Source of the DNA: a bacterium | GTDB lineage: Bacteria; Zhuqueibacterota; Zhuqueibacteria; Residuimicrobiales; Krinioviventaceae | Reading direction: 5' to 3' | Assembly (NCBI GenBank): GCA_963693055.1 | Contig: OY843751.1 | Location: forward strand, 2,210,248-2,274,247 | DNA length: 64,000 nucleotides | Part shown: positions 47,219 to 58,095 of the stretch, piece after piece | How positions within the stretch are numbered: the stretch's first letter is position 1 | How the letters are laid out: each line of letters opens with the position of its first letter | The notes under the pieces: model-generated | What the model saw: only the letters and a program-made list of their open reading frames with translations | Databases searched by the model: none | What the model was told of the DNA's origin: nothing | Translations under genes and position numbers: made by a program

Positions 47219-50113
47219 ATGAGATCTTGGCATATACTTTTAATGCTGGCAGTTTTGTTGTCTTATAATTTTGAGGCTTTTGGAGCAACTGGTCAAATTC
47301 AAGGAAAAATATCAGACCAGGTTACGGGAGATCCTCTACCAGGTGCTAACATTATCCTGGAAGGAACAGCTATAGGTGCCGCTACAGATTCCAAAGGTGA
47401 ATATAGAATAACTAAAATTCCACCAGGAAGTTTTAATCTCAAAGTCACCTTTATTGGTTATAAAACGGCTACCTCTTTTGTTCAGGTAACTGCGGGAAGA
47501 TCTACTACTGTGAATTTAGATCTTGTTTATGATGTAGTAGAAGGTGAAACTGTTACTATTACTGCTCAGGCAGAAGGTCAAATTGCAGCTATTAACCAGC
47601 AATTACGGTCCAATACAATCAAAAATGTTGTTTCTGCAGAGCGCATCATGGAGTTGCCGGATGCGAATGCAGCTGAATCTGTAGGAAGATTACCCGGGGT
47701 TTCAATAAAAAGAAGTGGTGGAGAGGGGAATAGAGTGGTAATCCGTGGATTGTCTCCAACTTATAATAACATTACAATTGGTGGTGAAAAAGTACCTGCG
47801 ACTGATCTTGATGATAGAAGTGTTGATTTGAATATGATTTCTCCTGAAATACTTGGAGGTATTGAGGTAACCAAAGCCCTTACCCCGGATATGGATGCTG
47901 ATGCATTTGGCGGTACAGTAAATTTTAAACTTGCAGATGCTCCATCAGGATTTCAAAGTAAATTCAGATTTCAGGAAGGTTATAATCAACACCGCGATCA
48001 ATTTGGATTATACAAGGCGAGTTTAACTCTCAGTAATCGTTACCTTGAAGAAAAATTTGGAATTATGATTACGGGTAACATGGAAAAAGCGCAAAGAGGA
48101 TCTGATCAGTTTAATGCTAGCTATTCAATTGTTCGTGAAAAACGCGAAGGTGAAGAATTTGCACCTGTTACAGTTGGAAGTGTGAATTTGGAATATTCTG
48201 ATGAAATACGTGAAAGAATGGGATTTAGTGTTTTATCTGATTATCGTTTAAAGAATGGTAAAATATTATTTTCAAATTTCTTTAGTCGTCTTGATCGTGA
48301 TGAATATATTACCAGCAGCGATTATTCAGTGGAAAGCAATGCTCATGATTATAATTTCTCTGACTTGCAGCGCCAGATTGATGTAATGACCAACTCTCTA
48401 TCCGGTGAACATAGTCTTTATTTTGGTACGGTTGATTGGAAGTTCTCTAGAACCTCATCTTCAACACGTCACCCATTTAACAATGAAATTGGAATGAAAG
48501 AGTTGAGTGCGTTTGATCAATCTCTTTTATCACAGTTTAATACTGCAGATGATTTAATTGCATCTGCTGTTAATAATTTGGATAATACTTTTCTCTATAC
48601 AGGTCACTTTAGACAGGAAAAATCCTGGGAACGGGATTATAATACTCAGATAAATCTTGAAATTCCCTACACATTAACGAATAGAATGGCTGGTTATATT
48701 AAAATGGGATTCAAGTATACAGATAAAGAAAAGAATCGTGACCGTTTTCATATGAATCATAGATTAGACGACTGGCATGATGCGTATATTCGTTATCATA
48801 CCCAATCTGGTGATCCCAATTTTGAATTCCAAAAAATTGCAGGTACTGGGTATGCATCTATCCGGAATTATATTGACGAATCAGTTGATATAAGTAATTT
48901 TTTGGATGGACAATATGATTTGGGGGTAGCCCTTGATCGGGATGAACTTAATAATTTATTTAACCAATATTTATTAGATTCTCTCTATATTTATTCTTCA
49001 CTTGAAGAATTAGATGATTATGAAACAAACGAAGAGACAGCAGCTGGCTATATCATGAGTGAAATTAATTTTGGACGATTTTTCATGCTGTTGCCAGGTG
49101 TTCGTTATGAAAAGACCTCTAACGATATGACAGGGCGCATTGGTAGTGTACCTTCAGATCATATTGAACCGGAACTTGACAGTCCTTATGTTGCAGATAC
49201 TTCAGCGACTGCATCCTATAGTAACTGGTTTCCAATGATTCATGCACGGGTAAGGCCCACTAATTGGTTTGATATTAGATTGGCTTATACGGAATCAATA
49301 TCAAAACCTCGACTTGACTGGATGCTACCAAAGAAAAAAGTTAGAGGAAACAGACAATCTGTCGAGTATGGTAGTCCACATTTGAGACCGCAATTAGCAA
49401 CCAACTATGATGTGTTTTTATCCTTTTATGGAAACCGCCTAGGTTTATTAACTCTGGGTGGATTTTATAAAGAAATTAAAGATTTGATATTTAAACGTAA
49501 TGGACACAAAATACTGGATGCTGAAGGTGAAGGATATCCACAAAATTTGCAGGGATTTTGGCTAGACCAACCCGAAAATAATCCGTTTACAACAGAAGTC
49601 AAGGGATTTGAAATTGAATGGCAAACCAATTTCAACTGGCTACCTAAACCATTTGACGGATTTGTTATAAATGCAAATTATACGCATTTGAATTCAGATA
49701 CCCGGTTTCCGCGTTCATTTGTAGTTTCTGAAAAAATACCGGTTTTTCCTTTTGTAAAAACCACTGCTATTGATACATTTCGTGTAGGTAACATGCCTGA
49801 CCAGGCTGATGATATAGCAAACCTTGCCATTGGTTATGACAAGGGGCCGTTTTCTGCAAGATTGTCTATGCTGTACCAGGGTAAGACTTTAACATCTGTT
49901 GGCGAAAGACCCGAGCAGGATGGCTATACGGCAGATTTGCTTCGATGGGACATGTCTGTTAAATACAGAGTGAACCGTCAAATTGGTCTCTTTTTAAATT
50001 TTGCCAATATAACCAATGAACCTGATGAATCGTTTATGCTTGATCAAAAATATTTAACAGCACGTGAGTTTTATGGCTGGACCCTTGATTTGGGAGTAGG
50101 ATACGAATTCTAA
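47219..50113 (+). CDS. TonB-dependent receptor, paralog of 40423..43314 (~75-80 % aa identity)
   Basis: GGAGG RBS; same architecture; C-terminal F. Confidence 0.8.
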   Translation: MRSWHILLMLAVLLSYNFEAFGATGQIQGKISDQVTGDPLPGANIILEGTAIGAATDSKGEYRITKIPPGSFNLKVTFIGYKTATSFVQVTAGRSTTVNLDLVYDVVEGETVTITAQAEGQIAAINQQLRSNTIKNVVSAERIMELPDANAAESVGRLPGVSIKRSGGEGNRVVIRGLSPTYNNITIGGEKVPATDLDDRSVDLNMISPEILGGIEVTKALTPDMDADAFGGTVNFKLADAPSGFQSKFRFQEGYNQHRDQFGLYKASLTLSNRYLEEKFGIMITGNMEKAQRGSDQFNASYSIVREKREGEEFAPVTVGSVNLEYSDEIRERMGFSVLSDYRLKNGKILFSNFFSRLDRDEYITSSDYSVESNAHDYNFSDLQRQIDVMTNSLSGEHSLYFGTVDWKFSRTSSSTRHPFNNEIGMKELSAFDQSLLSQFNTADDLIASAVNNLDNTFLYTGHFRQEKSWERDYNTQINLEIPYTLTNRMAGYIKMGFKYTDKEKNRDRFHMNHRLDDWHDAYIRYHTQSGDPNFEFQKIAGTGYASIRNYIDESVDISNFLDGQYDLGVALDRDELNNLFNQYLLDSLYIYSSLEELDDYETNEETAAGYIMSEINFGRFFMLLPGVRYEKTSNDMTGRIGSVPSDHIEPELDSPYVADTSATASYSNWFPMIHARVRPTNWFDIRLAYTESISKPRLDWMLPKKKVRGNRQSVEYGSPHLRPQLATNYDVFLSFYGNRLGLLTLGGFYKEIKDLIFKRNGHKILDAEGEGYPQNLQGFWLDQPENNPFTTEVKGFEIEWQTNFNWLPKPFDGFVINANYTHLNSDTRFPRSFVVSEKIPVFPFVKTTAIDTFRVGNMPDQADDIANLAIGYDKGPFSARLSMLYQGKTLTSVGERPEQDGYTADLLRWDMSVKYRVNRQIGLFLNFANITNEPDESFMLDQKYLTAREFYGWTLDLGVGYEF

Positions 50114-50647
50114 TTATTACACAGCAATTCAGGATATATTTAATTTTCCTGAGTTGCTGTTAAGTTTTATTTAGGATCGGAGATTTGGTTTTTTAGTTCC
50201 TGAATTGATTTGTTATAGTCTGTAATAAAATAGATTTGGTTTTTTTTGTTATCCGAGATTATAGAATGCTTTCTTTAAAACATCATATCCAGTTGAAAAT
50301 GCTTTTCAATGAATCTGTAGCAGGTTTTGATGCATTAAGCATCGGTATTTTAATTTTATTTTCAATTCTCAAAATAATTCATACATCTTGCCACAAAACA
50401 TTATTTACTCTTATAAATGTCTCAAAGTATTCTATAACATATCATTAATAAATGATTAACGTTTGATCAACAGTCTTTTATTCTTAAAAATTCAAATTTA
50501 ATATTCTGGACAATACATCTTTTTTTAGTTTTTTTAAGTGTTTTTGATTTGCAATACCATATCGTCAGCATTCATGAAATGTAATAATAGCTTTTTTAAG
50601 CATTGTTAGATTCGAAAATAAGGATTCTAAATGAAGAGAGTTTTGAA

Positions 50648-53146
50648 TTGAAAAATATTAACAGTATAAAGATCTATCTCTTTCTGTTTTTGATTGTTTC
50701 TTTGCATACCCGTGTTTTTTCTCTGGATCATCCATATATGATTGTGCAGGAACAAGATTTTTCATCTTTACACGAAAAGGCAGAAATTTGGCCCTGGTCT
50801 GTTATGAAAACCAAGGCAATTTCCACTGCAAAAAGTATGAATTACAATTCTACCTGGACACTGGATAAAAAGTGTTCAAGAATACATGAAATGGCCAGTG
50901 CTATTTCCCTGGCTTTTATATTAGATCAGGAATCCAGGTCAGTTTATATAAACAAAGTTGAAACTCAAATAGCTCTGGGGATCCATTCTATTCGGCTTTT
51001 AAAAGGTACAGATGCTGATCATGCTTATAATGTTGCTCCGGCACATGCAGCCTTTATGGTTTATCTTTTACTGGATATCATGTATAATGATCTGTCTGTT
51101 GATGTCAGGCAAGCTATTGAAGATGATTGTGATTATATAGCATCTAATCATGTTCATTCATGGTTTGCCAGTGAATATTCAATAAAAGGTATGTTAGAAT
51201 TGTATCATAATGGCAATACTAATGCATTTAAAGCCTGGAAAGATTTATACAAAAATCATATTCTGGATCTAACAAGCTCAGAGGGTGTCTATTCTGCCGG
51301 CCCTGGTTACACCAAGAGTCGTCTTTTTATGGACAACCGTATGCAAAAGAAAATATTTATGGATATTTGTGAATATCAGGGATATACAGAGTTTTACAAC
51401 AATCCCAAATTGCAGTTGCTGTACGAATGGGTTATGGGCTATATAGTAACTCCTTTTAACCGATCCTATACCTTTGGAGATACTCCACCAACAAAAGATT
51501 TGGATTACTGGACTGTTGCTGCTATGCGAGTCGAAAAGTTTTCAGAGTTGGCCGCAGGCTATGCGGCATGGAGATTAGGCCCCTTAAAAGACGATGATAT
51601 TATTGGCGGGTTATTACATTTTTTGATTTATAAATCTATATCGGTTCAGCCCATTAAACCCCAAAGCCGAATCTTTCATAACGGTGGAACATGGTTTCTG
51701 GAAGATTCGGAATCTAAAAAATCACTTGCGGCTGCCTTGTGGAATATCAATACGGTTAAAGATAGTCACAGACATTTTGATATTAATGCAGTACATATTG
51801 CCGGGTACGGTGCACATATCCTTCGTAATTCCGGGTATGATGGTTCCGGGGCACCTGATCCTGTTACCTGGGATTGGATTAAATATACTGCCGAGTCTTC
51901 AAATACCTTGATGATGAATAATCAGAATCATGCTATGGTTCATGGTTCAGGTATTGATGAGGGCCTGATTGGTGGCAGCTTTGAATATGCGTGTGGTAAT
52001 TCAGGTTCTGCTTTGCCTTTGGGAATCCATAAAAGAAATATGATATTTGTTAGACCTGAAAACGATAATGTTAATGGATATTTTATTTTTTTAGACCAAT
52101 TACGTACCATCTTTCAATGGGATGCAACTGCTCTTGTTAACATTGCCTGGCACCCCAATTCTTTTCATTCACCAAGTGTTTCAGAAAATGGTTGTGAGTT
52201 TTGCTGGCAAATTGACGGATGTGACTATGGGGGGGATGGAGTAGGTGTTTCAATTCATACTGTTACTCCTGCAATTAATTATGAGATTAGAGATGGCTAT
52301 TTGGCATCATATAACGAATGTAGCCGTTTTATTGGTAAATATCTTTATAATACCTATCAGTGCAGTAGTGGCCTTGCCAGTATAATGACAATTATTTATC
52401 CATTTGACGCAGATCATACAGTTGCACAAATGAAAGCGCTCAAGATAACAGGAGGTGATGGTTATGAAATTACCCATAATGATTCTGTTGTTGACTATGC
52501 CCTGGTATCGCAGGATTCTAGTGTCAGCTATGAAAGCGTTTCGTTTACCGGAACAGGTGTTGTATGGCGTGAGTATAATGGTGCCTTGTCTAACCTGTTA
52601 GCGATCAAGAGCACAGAATTTATTGATAATGATTCTAAAATTGGTTTCAAAAGCAAAGCTGAAATATCCATTCAATTGGATGATAATGCAGGAGAATTGA
52701 TTACAAAAGGTGGAGAGATAACTTTTTTTAAGCATGGAATAGAACAAATTAAAATTGATGGAGCCATATTACCTGTATTAGCATCCGGTGACAATTGGAT
52801 GACAGTTTCTGTTGATTCAGGACAGCATGATATTGTTTTTAAAACTGTCTCAACCCATGTTGATGACGCAACAATTATGATGAATCATTCCAATGTGCTG
52901 TTGCAAAACTATCCCAATCCGTTTAACAACTCTACGGTGATTAGTTTCAGTATCGATTCTGTTGAAAATGTTGAATTATCAATCTATAATATTAAAGGTC
53001 AGTTGGTTGATCAATTGATGAATGAGCCAAGGTCCGCCGGGAGCTATCGTGTAAACTGGGATGCCCAAGGTTTGTCGCGAGGTATTTATTTTGTGCGGAT
53101 CAGGACTGGTGAATTTAAACAGGTAAAGAAAATTATTCTTCAATAA
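50648..53146 (+). CDS. heparinase II/III-like (alginate-lyase-fold) polysaccharide lyase with T9SS C-terminal sorting domain
   Basis: no ATG before the signal peptide; TTG start at 50648 (low confidence, ORF opens 50603); C-terminal ...NYPNPFNNSTVISFSI...GIYFVRIRTG. Confidence 0.55.
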   Translation: MKNINSIKIYLFLFLIVSLHTRVFSLDHPYMIVQEQDFSSLHEKAEIWPWSVMKTKAISTAKSMNYNSTWTLDKKCSRIHEMASAISLAFILDQESRSVYINKVETQIALGIHSIRLLKGTDADHAYNVAPAHAAFMVYLLLDIMYNDLSVDVRQAIEDDCDYIASNHVHSWFASEYSIKGMLELYHNGNTNAFKAWKDLYKNHILDLTSSEGVYSAGPGYTKSRLFMDNRMQKKIFMDICEYQGYTEFYNNPKLQLLYEWVMGYIVTPFNRSYTFGDTPPTKDLDYWTVAAMRVEKFSELAAGYAAWRLGPLKDDDIIGGLLHFLIYKSISVQPIKPQSRIFHNGGTWFLEDSESKKSLAAALWNINTVKDSHRHFDINAVHIAGYGAHILRNSGYDGSGAPDPVTWDWIKYTAESSNTLMMNNQNHAMVHGSGIDEGLIGGSFEYACGNSGSALPLGIHKRNMIFVRPENDNVNGYFIFLDQLRTIFQWDATALVNIAWHPNSFHSPSVSENGCEFCWQIDGCDYGGDGVGVSIHTVTPAINYEIRDGYLASYNECSRFIGKYLYNTYQCSSGLASIMTIIYPFDADHTVAQMKALKITGGDGYEITHNDSVVDYALVSQDSSVSYESVSFTGTGVVWREYNGALSNLLAIKSTEFIDNDSKIGFKSKAEISIQLDDNAGELITKGGEITFFKHGIEQIKIDGAILPVLASGDNWMTVSVDSGQHDIVFKTVSTHVDDATIMMNHSNVLLQNYPNPFNNSTVISFSIDSVENVELSIYNIKGQLVDQLMNEPRSAGSYRVNWDAQGLSRGIYFVRIRTGEFKQVKKIILQ

Positions 53147-53183
53147 CGCGGTTGTTATGTGGACACTGAAATTTGAGTTGAAT

Positions 53184-54605
53184 ATGAAAGCTGGTTTAAA
53201 ATATAAATTATATATACATATATTTTTTGGGGTTTTAATCATGCTGTGTATTCCACAGGATGGTTGTACGGAGACAATTCAAACCATTTATATTTCACAA
53301 CAAGACGGAACGGATATTGATAATATTGGTAATGACAAAAACAAACCCATTCGTACATTGGCAAGGGCCAGAATTATTGCATTATCGAATTGGAGAAATG
53401 TGGATGGTTTTGAGATACTTTTTAAGGGGGGCGAACAATTTGACGAGTTTATACCCATTACAAATCAGGTTCTAAAAGATTATGATCCATTACGCAATTC
53501 GTTTGCATTTGTCTGGGATATTGACAGGTCTTTGAAAATTTCTACTTTTGGATCTCAAGAAAAAGCCATCATGTATTCAGACAAATATACGCATGAAGGA
53601 GGCCCGCAGACAGCAATAGCTGTTACAACTCCCAGTAGCCGGAATGTTATTGTTGAAAATATTCATTTCAAACATTGGCAGGTTTGCGCTTTTTTTGCGT
53701 ACAAGACCCGTAACATTCAATTTTTGAACAATATTGTTGAAGAAATTGGAACCCTTTATTTCCCTGATGAAAAAACACCGGGGATTTATGGAGCGGGTGC
53801 CATATATCCCAAAAACTCTTCCAATGTATTCATTAAAGGAAACTATATTCTCAATATTCATAATCAGTTTGATATGCTCGACAAGATGCATGTTTTTTAT
53901 TTAACCCGGTTGAACAATTCTGAGATATGTGATAATATTATAATAAACGCAAGCGGACCACCGTTAAAGTTTCGTCGTTCTCAGACCAATAATGTTTATG
54001 TGCATGATAATGAATTTTACTATACCGGACCCTCACAATCCTTAAATCAGGTTCAGGAAGGCTGGGTGAGGTATAGCGGAGATGCTGATGATGGCTGCCC
54101 CTATGCAATAGTCATAGAACACAATTTGTTTTATTATCCATATTGTTGGGAAGGCACGCAAGCTTGTGATAATGCTTTGGCTGTAAAATACAGTATAAGC
54201 AATACAAGCGTTTGTGGTACGGAGGCTTGCGAGGATGATGAAAAGGTAAAGTGGATTGATAACGACTATCGTTATGAATGGGAATCCTATACTGTACCAG
54301 ATATACCTACCCGTGTTGAAAATACAATAGCCAGTGATGTCGGAACATTTGAATTGTTTGAAAACTATCCCAATCCATTTAATCCGGTAACAGAGATTTG
54401 TTTCCGAATACCAACCCGTAATCAAACCCGGTTAAACATATACAATGAATTAGGTGAAATTGTACGTAATCTTGTTGACAAAAGTTTAGAACCCGGATAT
54501 CATCATTTCACTTTTAATGCCAGTGAATTACCATCCGGAATTTATTTTTACAGACTTGAAAGTGGAGAATTGAACAAAACAAACAAGATGGTACTGATAA
54601 AATAA
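53184..54605 (+). CDS. secreted beta-helix protein with T9SS C-terminal sorting domain
   Basis: SP MKAGLKYKLYIHIFFGVLIMLC; C-terminal ENYPNPFNPVTEICFRI...GIYFYRLESG. Confidence 0.65.
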   Translation: MKAGLKYKLYIHIFFGVLIMLCIPQDGCTETIQTIYISQQDGTDIDNIGNDKNKPIRTLARARIIALSNWRNVDGFEILFKGGEQFDEFIPITNQVLKDYDPLRNSFAFVWDIDRSLKISTFGSQEKAIMYSDKYTHEGGPQTAIAVTTPSSRNVIVENIHFKHWQVCAFFAYKTRNIQFLNNIVEEIGTLYFPDEKTPGIYGAGAIYPKNSSNVFIKGNYILNIHNQFDMLDKMHVFYLTRLNNSEICDNIIINASGPPLKFRRSQTNNVYVHDNEFYYTGPSQSLNQVQEGWVRYSGDADDGCPYAIVIEHNLFYYPYCWEGTQACDNALAVKYSISNTSVCGTEACEDDEKVKWIDNDYRYEWESYTVPDIPTRVENTIASDVGTFELFENYPNPFNPVTEICFRIPTRNQTRLNIYNELGEIVRNLVDKSLEPGYHHFTFNASELPSGIYFYRLESGELNKTNKMVLIK

Positions 54606-54710
54606 GGAAAATTTTCCGGTAGGTTTTGGAAAAAAGGCGGTTATTTCATATAGTATTTACTAGAAGTAACCGGAAGTCAAACAAAGATTTTAAAACTTAC
54701 CGGAGGACAA

Positions 54711-55538
54711 ATGTACAATACTCGTAGTAGTTTGTATGACAGGATATTAGAAAAAACACCCGAGCAAGTATTCATCAATTCTTTACGAAAAGAATTTGAA
54801 TTATCACCGGCAGAAAGTAAAGGGATATTGGATTTAGCCAAGCAGTGTTTATTTGGCGAGGTTCCCCAGACAGTTGGTAAAATAAAATATATCTGCGCAT
54901 CCACCAAGGCAAAACATGGCAAGCCCCTGGGTGAGCAGGAATTGAAAGAAGTAGAGTTAACACTGGATGCCGGTGTAGAAGATTTAAATGTATTAAAAGA
55001 AAGCGGTCCCAAGGCACTGCGCCAGTTAAAGGTCTTACGATTGACCGAAGAAGCCTGGGATCAGGAAGGTTCTTTGACACAAGAGGATTTGGCCCGGATC
55101 CTCCAGGTTACGAGTCGCACTGTACGCCAGGATATAAAGTCTTTGCAGACTGATGGCAACTTTATTCACACGCGCGGAACAGACCATGACATCGGTCGGA
55201 GCTTGTCACACAAAAGCCACATTATTGAACTGTATTTGCAGGGAGACACATACGATGCAATTATTCGTAAAAGTCGTCATAGCGCGTTTTCAATAAAACG
55301 ATATGTGTGCAGCTTTGGCAGGCTGTTGTTATTACTGAATCATGGTATGCAGGATATCAAAGAGATCAGTCGGTTATTAGGCCAAAGTGAGCGTTTGACC
55401 CGTGAGTACCTGGATATTTTTGAGCATCATAAACAGGGTGACAAATGGCCGCCGATCTATGTAGAGTTATTGGAGCAATTAAAGGTGTTATACCCCTCGA
55501 AAAAAAAACAAACCAAGGAGGGGACCGATGAAGACTAA
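54711..55538 (+). CDS. multi-HTH protein A (DUF1670-like?), first of an overlapping paralogous pair
   Basis: GGAGG RBS; HTH-like LTQEDLARILQVTSRTVRQDI, IIELYLQGDTYDAIIRKSRHSAFSIKRYV, IKEISRLLGQSERLTREYL. Confidence 0.6.
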   Translation: MYNTRSSLYDRILEKTPEQVFINSLRKEFELSPAESKGILDLAKQCLFGEVPQTVGKIKYICASTKAKHGKPLGEQELKEVELTLDAGVEDLNVLKESGPKALRQLKVLRLTEEAWDQEGSLTQEDLARILQVTSRTVRQDIKSLQTDGNFIHTRGTDHDIGRSLSHKSHIIELYLQGDTYDAIIRKSRHSAFSIKRYVCSFGRLLLLLNHGMQDIKEISRLLGQSERLTREYLDIFEHHKQGDKWPPIYVELLEQLKVLYPSKKKQTKEGTDED

Positions 55539-56343
55539 GCCTTTAAATCGTTATGAATCAATAGCTAAGCGTAGCTTTCAAAATGCGATTATTCGATTAC
55601 TGGAAGAAAATTATAAAATGCTGGGAAGCCACAAAGTCATCCGGATGATTGCAGAAGATATTGTCGCATTGCAAAATGAATTTTATCCAGAGCTGGAAAA
55701 GAAAAGTTTTGGTCAGATTATCTGGCGGACAACCAAAGCGACAAACCGAAAGCCAAGCTATGGCACAAAAGCGGAAGATTATGAGGTTCAGACAGTTGTG
55801 CTACCGTTGGTAACAGATGCGGATATTGACAATCGTATCAAAAGCCATTATTCTTATCCCCCAAAAGATGGCAGTGCTAATTATGAAAAACAAACAGAAC
55901 GGGATATTAAAGTAATGGCGCGGTTATGCAAGAGTGCGGCAGAACAGGGCGGCTGGTTGACAGGTGCAGAACTCAGTGTATTGTTGAATCGCTCATTAAA
56001 CACTATTGGTCGGTATATGACAATTTATCATGAAACGCATGATGATATATTGCCGACTAAAGGAATGATGCTGGATCAGGGCAGTAAGCCGACGCATAAA
56101 GCCGCAATTATAGATTTGTACGAGCAGGGATATCCCGAACCGGATATCGCCCGGATTACAAATCACACAATTGAATCAACGAGTCGGTATTTAAAGAGTT
56201 ACAAGAACGTAAAATCATTATTGGAAAAAGGTTTTAATTTAATGGAAATGGTAAGAATAACCGGATTAGGACGGAGTACAATATTACAATACCGTGATCT
56301 GGTTTATCATTATCATTCAGATTTAATACAAAAGAAAACTTGA
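55528..56343 (+). CDS. multi-HTH protein B, paralog of 54711..55538 (11-nt overlap)
   Basis: AAGGAGGGG RBS inside upstream gene; LTGAELSVLLNRSLNTIGRYM, AAIIDLYEQGYPEPDIARITNHTIESTSRYL, EMVRITGLGRSTILQY. Confidence 0.6.
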   Translation: MKTKPLNRYESIAKRSFQNAIIRLLEENYKMLGSHKVIRMIAEDIVALQNEFYPELEKKSFGQIIWRTTKATNRKPSYGTKAEDYEVQTVVLPLVTDADIDNRIKSHYSYPPKDGSANYEKQTERDIKVMARLCKSAAEQGGWLTGAELSVLLNRSLNTIGRYMTIYHETHDDILPTKGMMLDQGSKPTHKAAIIDLYEQGYPEPDIARITNHTIESTSRYLKSYKNVKSLLEKGFNLMEMVRITGLGRSTILQYRDLVYHYHSDLIQKKT

Positions 56344-56384
56344 AAATTTGAAAAGGAATTAATAGGTTAGGTTGTCATTGTTTT

Positions 56385-56427
56385 TCAGCTAACTCCAGTC
56401 GCCCTACGAGCTCCTTTCGTTAGCTGA
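56385..56427 (+). repeat. hairpin element sharing a 24-nt core (AACTCCAGTCGCCCTACGRGCTCC) with 16865-16908 inside IS3 #1
   Basis: read directly; may also be the terminator of 55528..56343. Confidence 0.45.
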
Positions 56428-56512
56428 AAAAATGAATAAATGTTCTAATCTTAAAAACAACCTACCGGAAATATTTCCTAAACGTAAGTAGGAAAACTAT
56501 TAATTAAAGGAT

Positions 56513-58078
56513 ATGGATATGTTTTGGTTAAAAAAAATATTTAAAACTTTTTTATGTCTTATTATAATCTCTACAGTTTTACCTGCGGCAGAGGTTAATT
56601 TCAATGTGTTGGATTATGGTGCAGTGCCTGATGGAAAAACATTGTGCACAACCGAGATTCAAAAAACCATTGATGCCTGTAATGAAGCCGGGGGAGGTTA
56701 TGTTGTTTTTCCAAAAGGTGAGTTTTTAACCGGTACAATTGAGCTAAAAAATAATGTATTTATGCAAATCCATCCTGCTGCAACATTGTTGGGTAGTAAG
56801 AACATTGCTGATTATGATCCCGGTTTTTTGATATATGCTGAAGGAATTTCTCATGCGGGGATACTTGGTAATGGTACGATTAATGGACAAGGAGATTCTT
56901 TCTGGAAAGGCAAAGAACGTCCATTTAACAGACCCGGACGAACTATAAAGTTTTTAGATTGCAGGGATATTGTTTTTAAAGATTTTCATTTGATCAATTC
57001 TGCAAGCTGGTGTATTGATGTTGAAGGTTGCGATCGAGTCACTTTAACAGGGCTTTCAATTATTAATGATCGTGATGCTCCCAATACAGATGGTATTGAT
57101 CCTGTTTCTTCATCAAATGTGTTTATTTCAGATTGCTATATTGATACAGGTGATGACTGTATCTGCCCCAAATCCAATGATATTAACAAACCCTGTGAAA
57201 ATCTGGTTGTTACGAATTGTGTGCTCATTAGTGATGATTCCGCAATAAAATGTGGAACCCGATCTAATGGAGCAATACGAAATTGCACATTTAGTAATAT
57301 TGTCATTCGTAATGCCAAATACGGCATTGGATTTTATATGAAAGATGGTGGCAGCTATGAGGATATCCAGTTTTCTAATATATCTATTGAAACAATCATC
57401 CCTGCTGATTTGGAAAATTCAAAATGTACAAACAGTTTTGCAATTTTTATGGATATTGAGAGCAGAGATGAACAAACCCCATTAGGTACAATTCGTAATA
57501 TCATGTTTAATGATATTAACATACTTTCCTATGATGGGAATTGTCTGTTTGCCGGCATGCCGGAACAGAATATTAAAGATTTAACCTTGAGCAATGTACG
57601 GATGAAAGTGTTGAGACGCACTGATTTGACAAAAAGGAGAAAACCCAGAGGTACCCGCACCTTGAAAAATATTGCTGTTAATGATCGTGCAGGAATTCAA
57701 TCGTATTTTACTTTTGTAAACATTGATGGATTAACTATAAATAATCTGTTTATTGATGACGAATCTGTTACAAATACTGTTAAAAGTTATTTCCTCTGGG
57801 GACAAAATATCAAGAATGTTACACTTGAAGGATTTCAAAATCGTCAGTCAGTTAGCAATGAAAATTTTCCATTGGTTCTATTTGAAAACATTTCGAATCT
57901 TTTTGTTAGTCGCTGTCAACCGGTTTCGGCAACAACACCATTTTTATCACTCCAGGATGCTCAATCTTCCGATATAACTTTGTTGAATAATAATTTTTCA
58001 AGAGTTTGTAAACCCGTTTCAGTGGGGCCGAACGTTGATTCAAAACAGGTTTATATGGATAATAATCGATTGCAATAA
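56513..58078 (+). CDS. glycoside hydrolase family 28 (polygalacturonase-like)
   Basis: SP; NTDGID, DTGDDCI, beta-helix repeats. Confidence 0.8.
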   Translation: MDMFWLKKIFKTFLCLIIISTVLPAAEVNFNVLDYGAVPDGKTLCTTEIQKTIDACNEAGGGYVVFPKGEFLTGTIELKNNVFMQIHPAATLLGSKNIADYDPGFLIYAEGISHAGILGNGTINGQGDSFWKGKERPFNRPGRTIKFLDCRDIVFKDFHLINSASWCIDVEGCDRVTLTGLSIINDRDAPNTDGIDPVSSSNVFISDCYIDTGDDCICPKSNDINKPCENLVVTNCVLISDDSAIKCGTRSNGAIRNCTFSNIVIRNAKYGIGFYMKDGGSYEDIQFSNISIETIIPADLENSKCTNSFAIFMDIESRDEQTPLGTIRNIMFNDINILSYDGNCLFAGMPEQNIKDLTLSNVRMKVLRRTDLTKRRKPRGTRTLKNIAVNDRAGIQSYFTFVNIDGLTINNLFIDDESVTNTVKSYFLWGQNIKNVTLEGFQNRQSVSNENFPLVLFENISNLFVSRCQPVSATTPFLSLQDAQSSDITLLNNNFSRVCKPVSVGPNVDSKQVYMDNNRLQ

Positions 58079-58095
58079 ATAGGAAATTTAAGAGT

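Noticed and set aside
40962-54425. Numerous 60-130-aa ORFs on the opposite strand inside the TBDR, lyase and beta-helix genes
   Set aside because: Fully nested within long, well-supported ORFs. No SD sequences.
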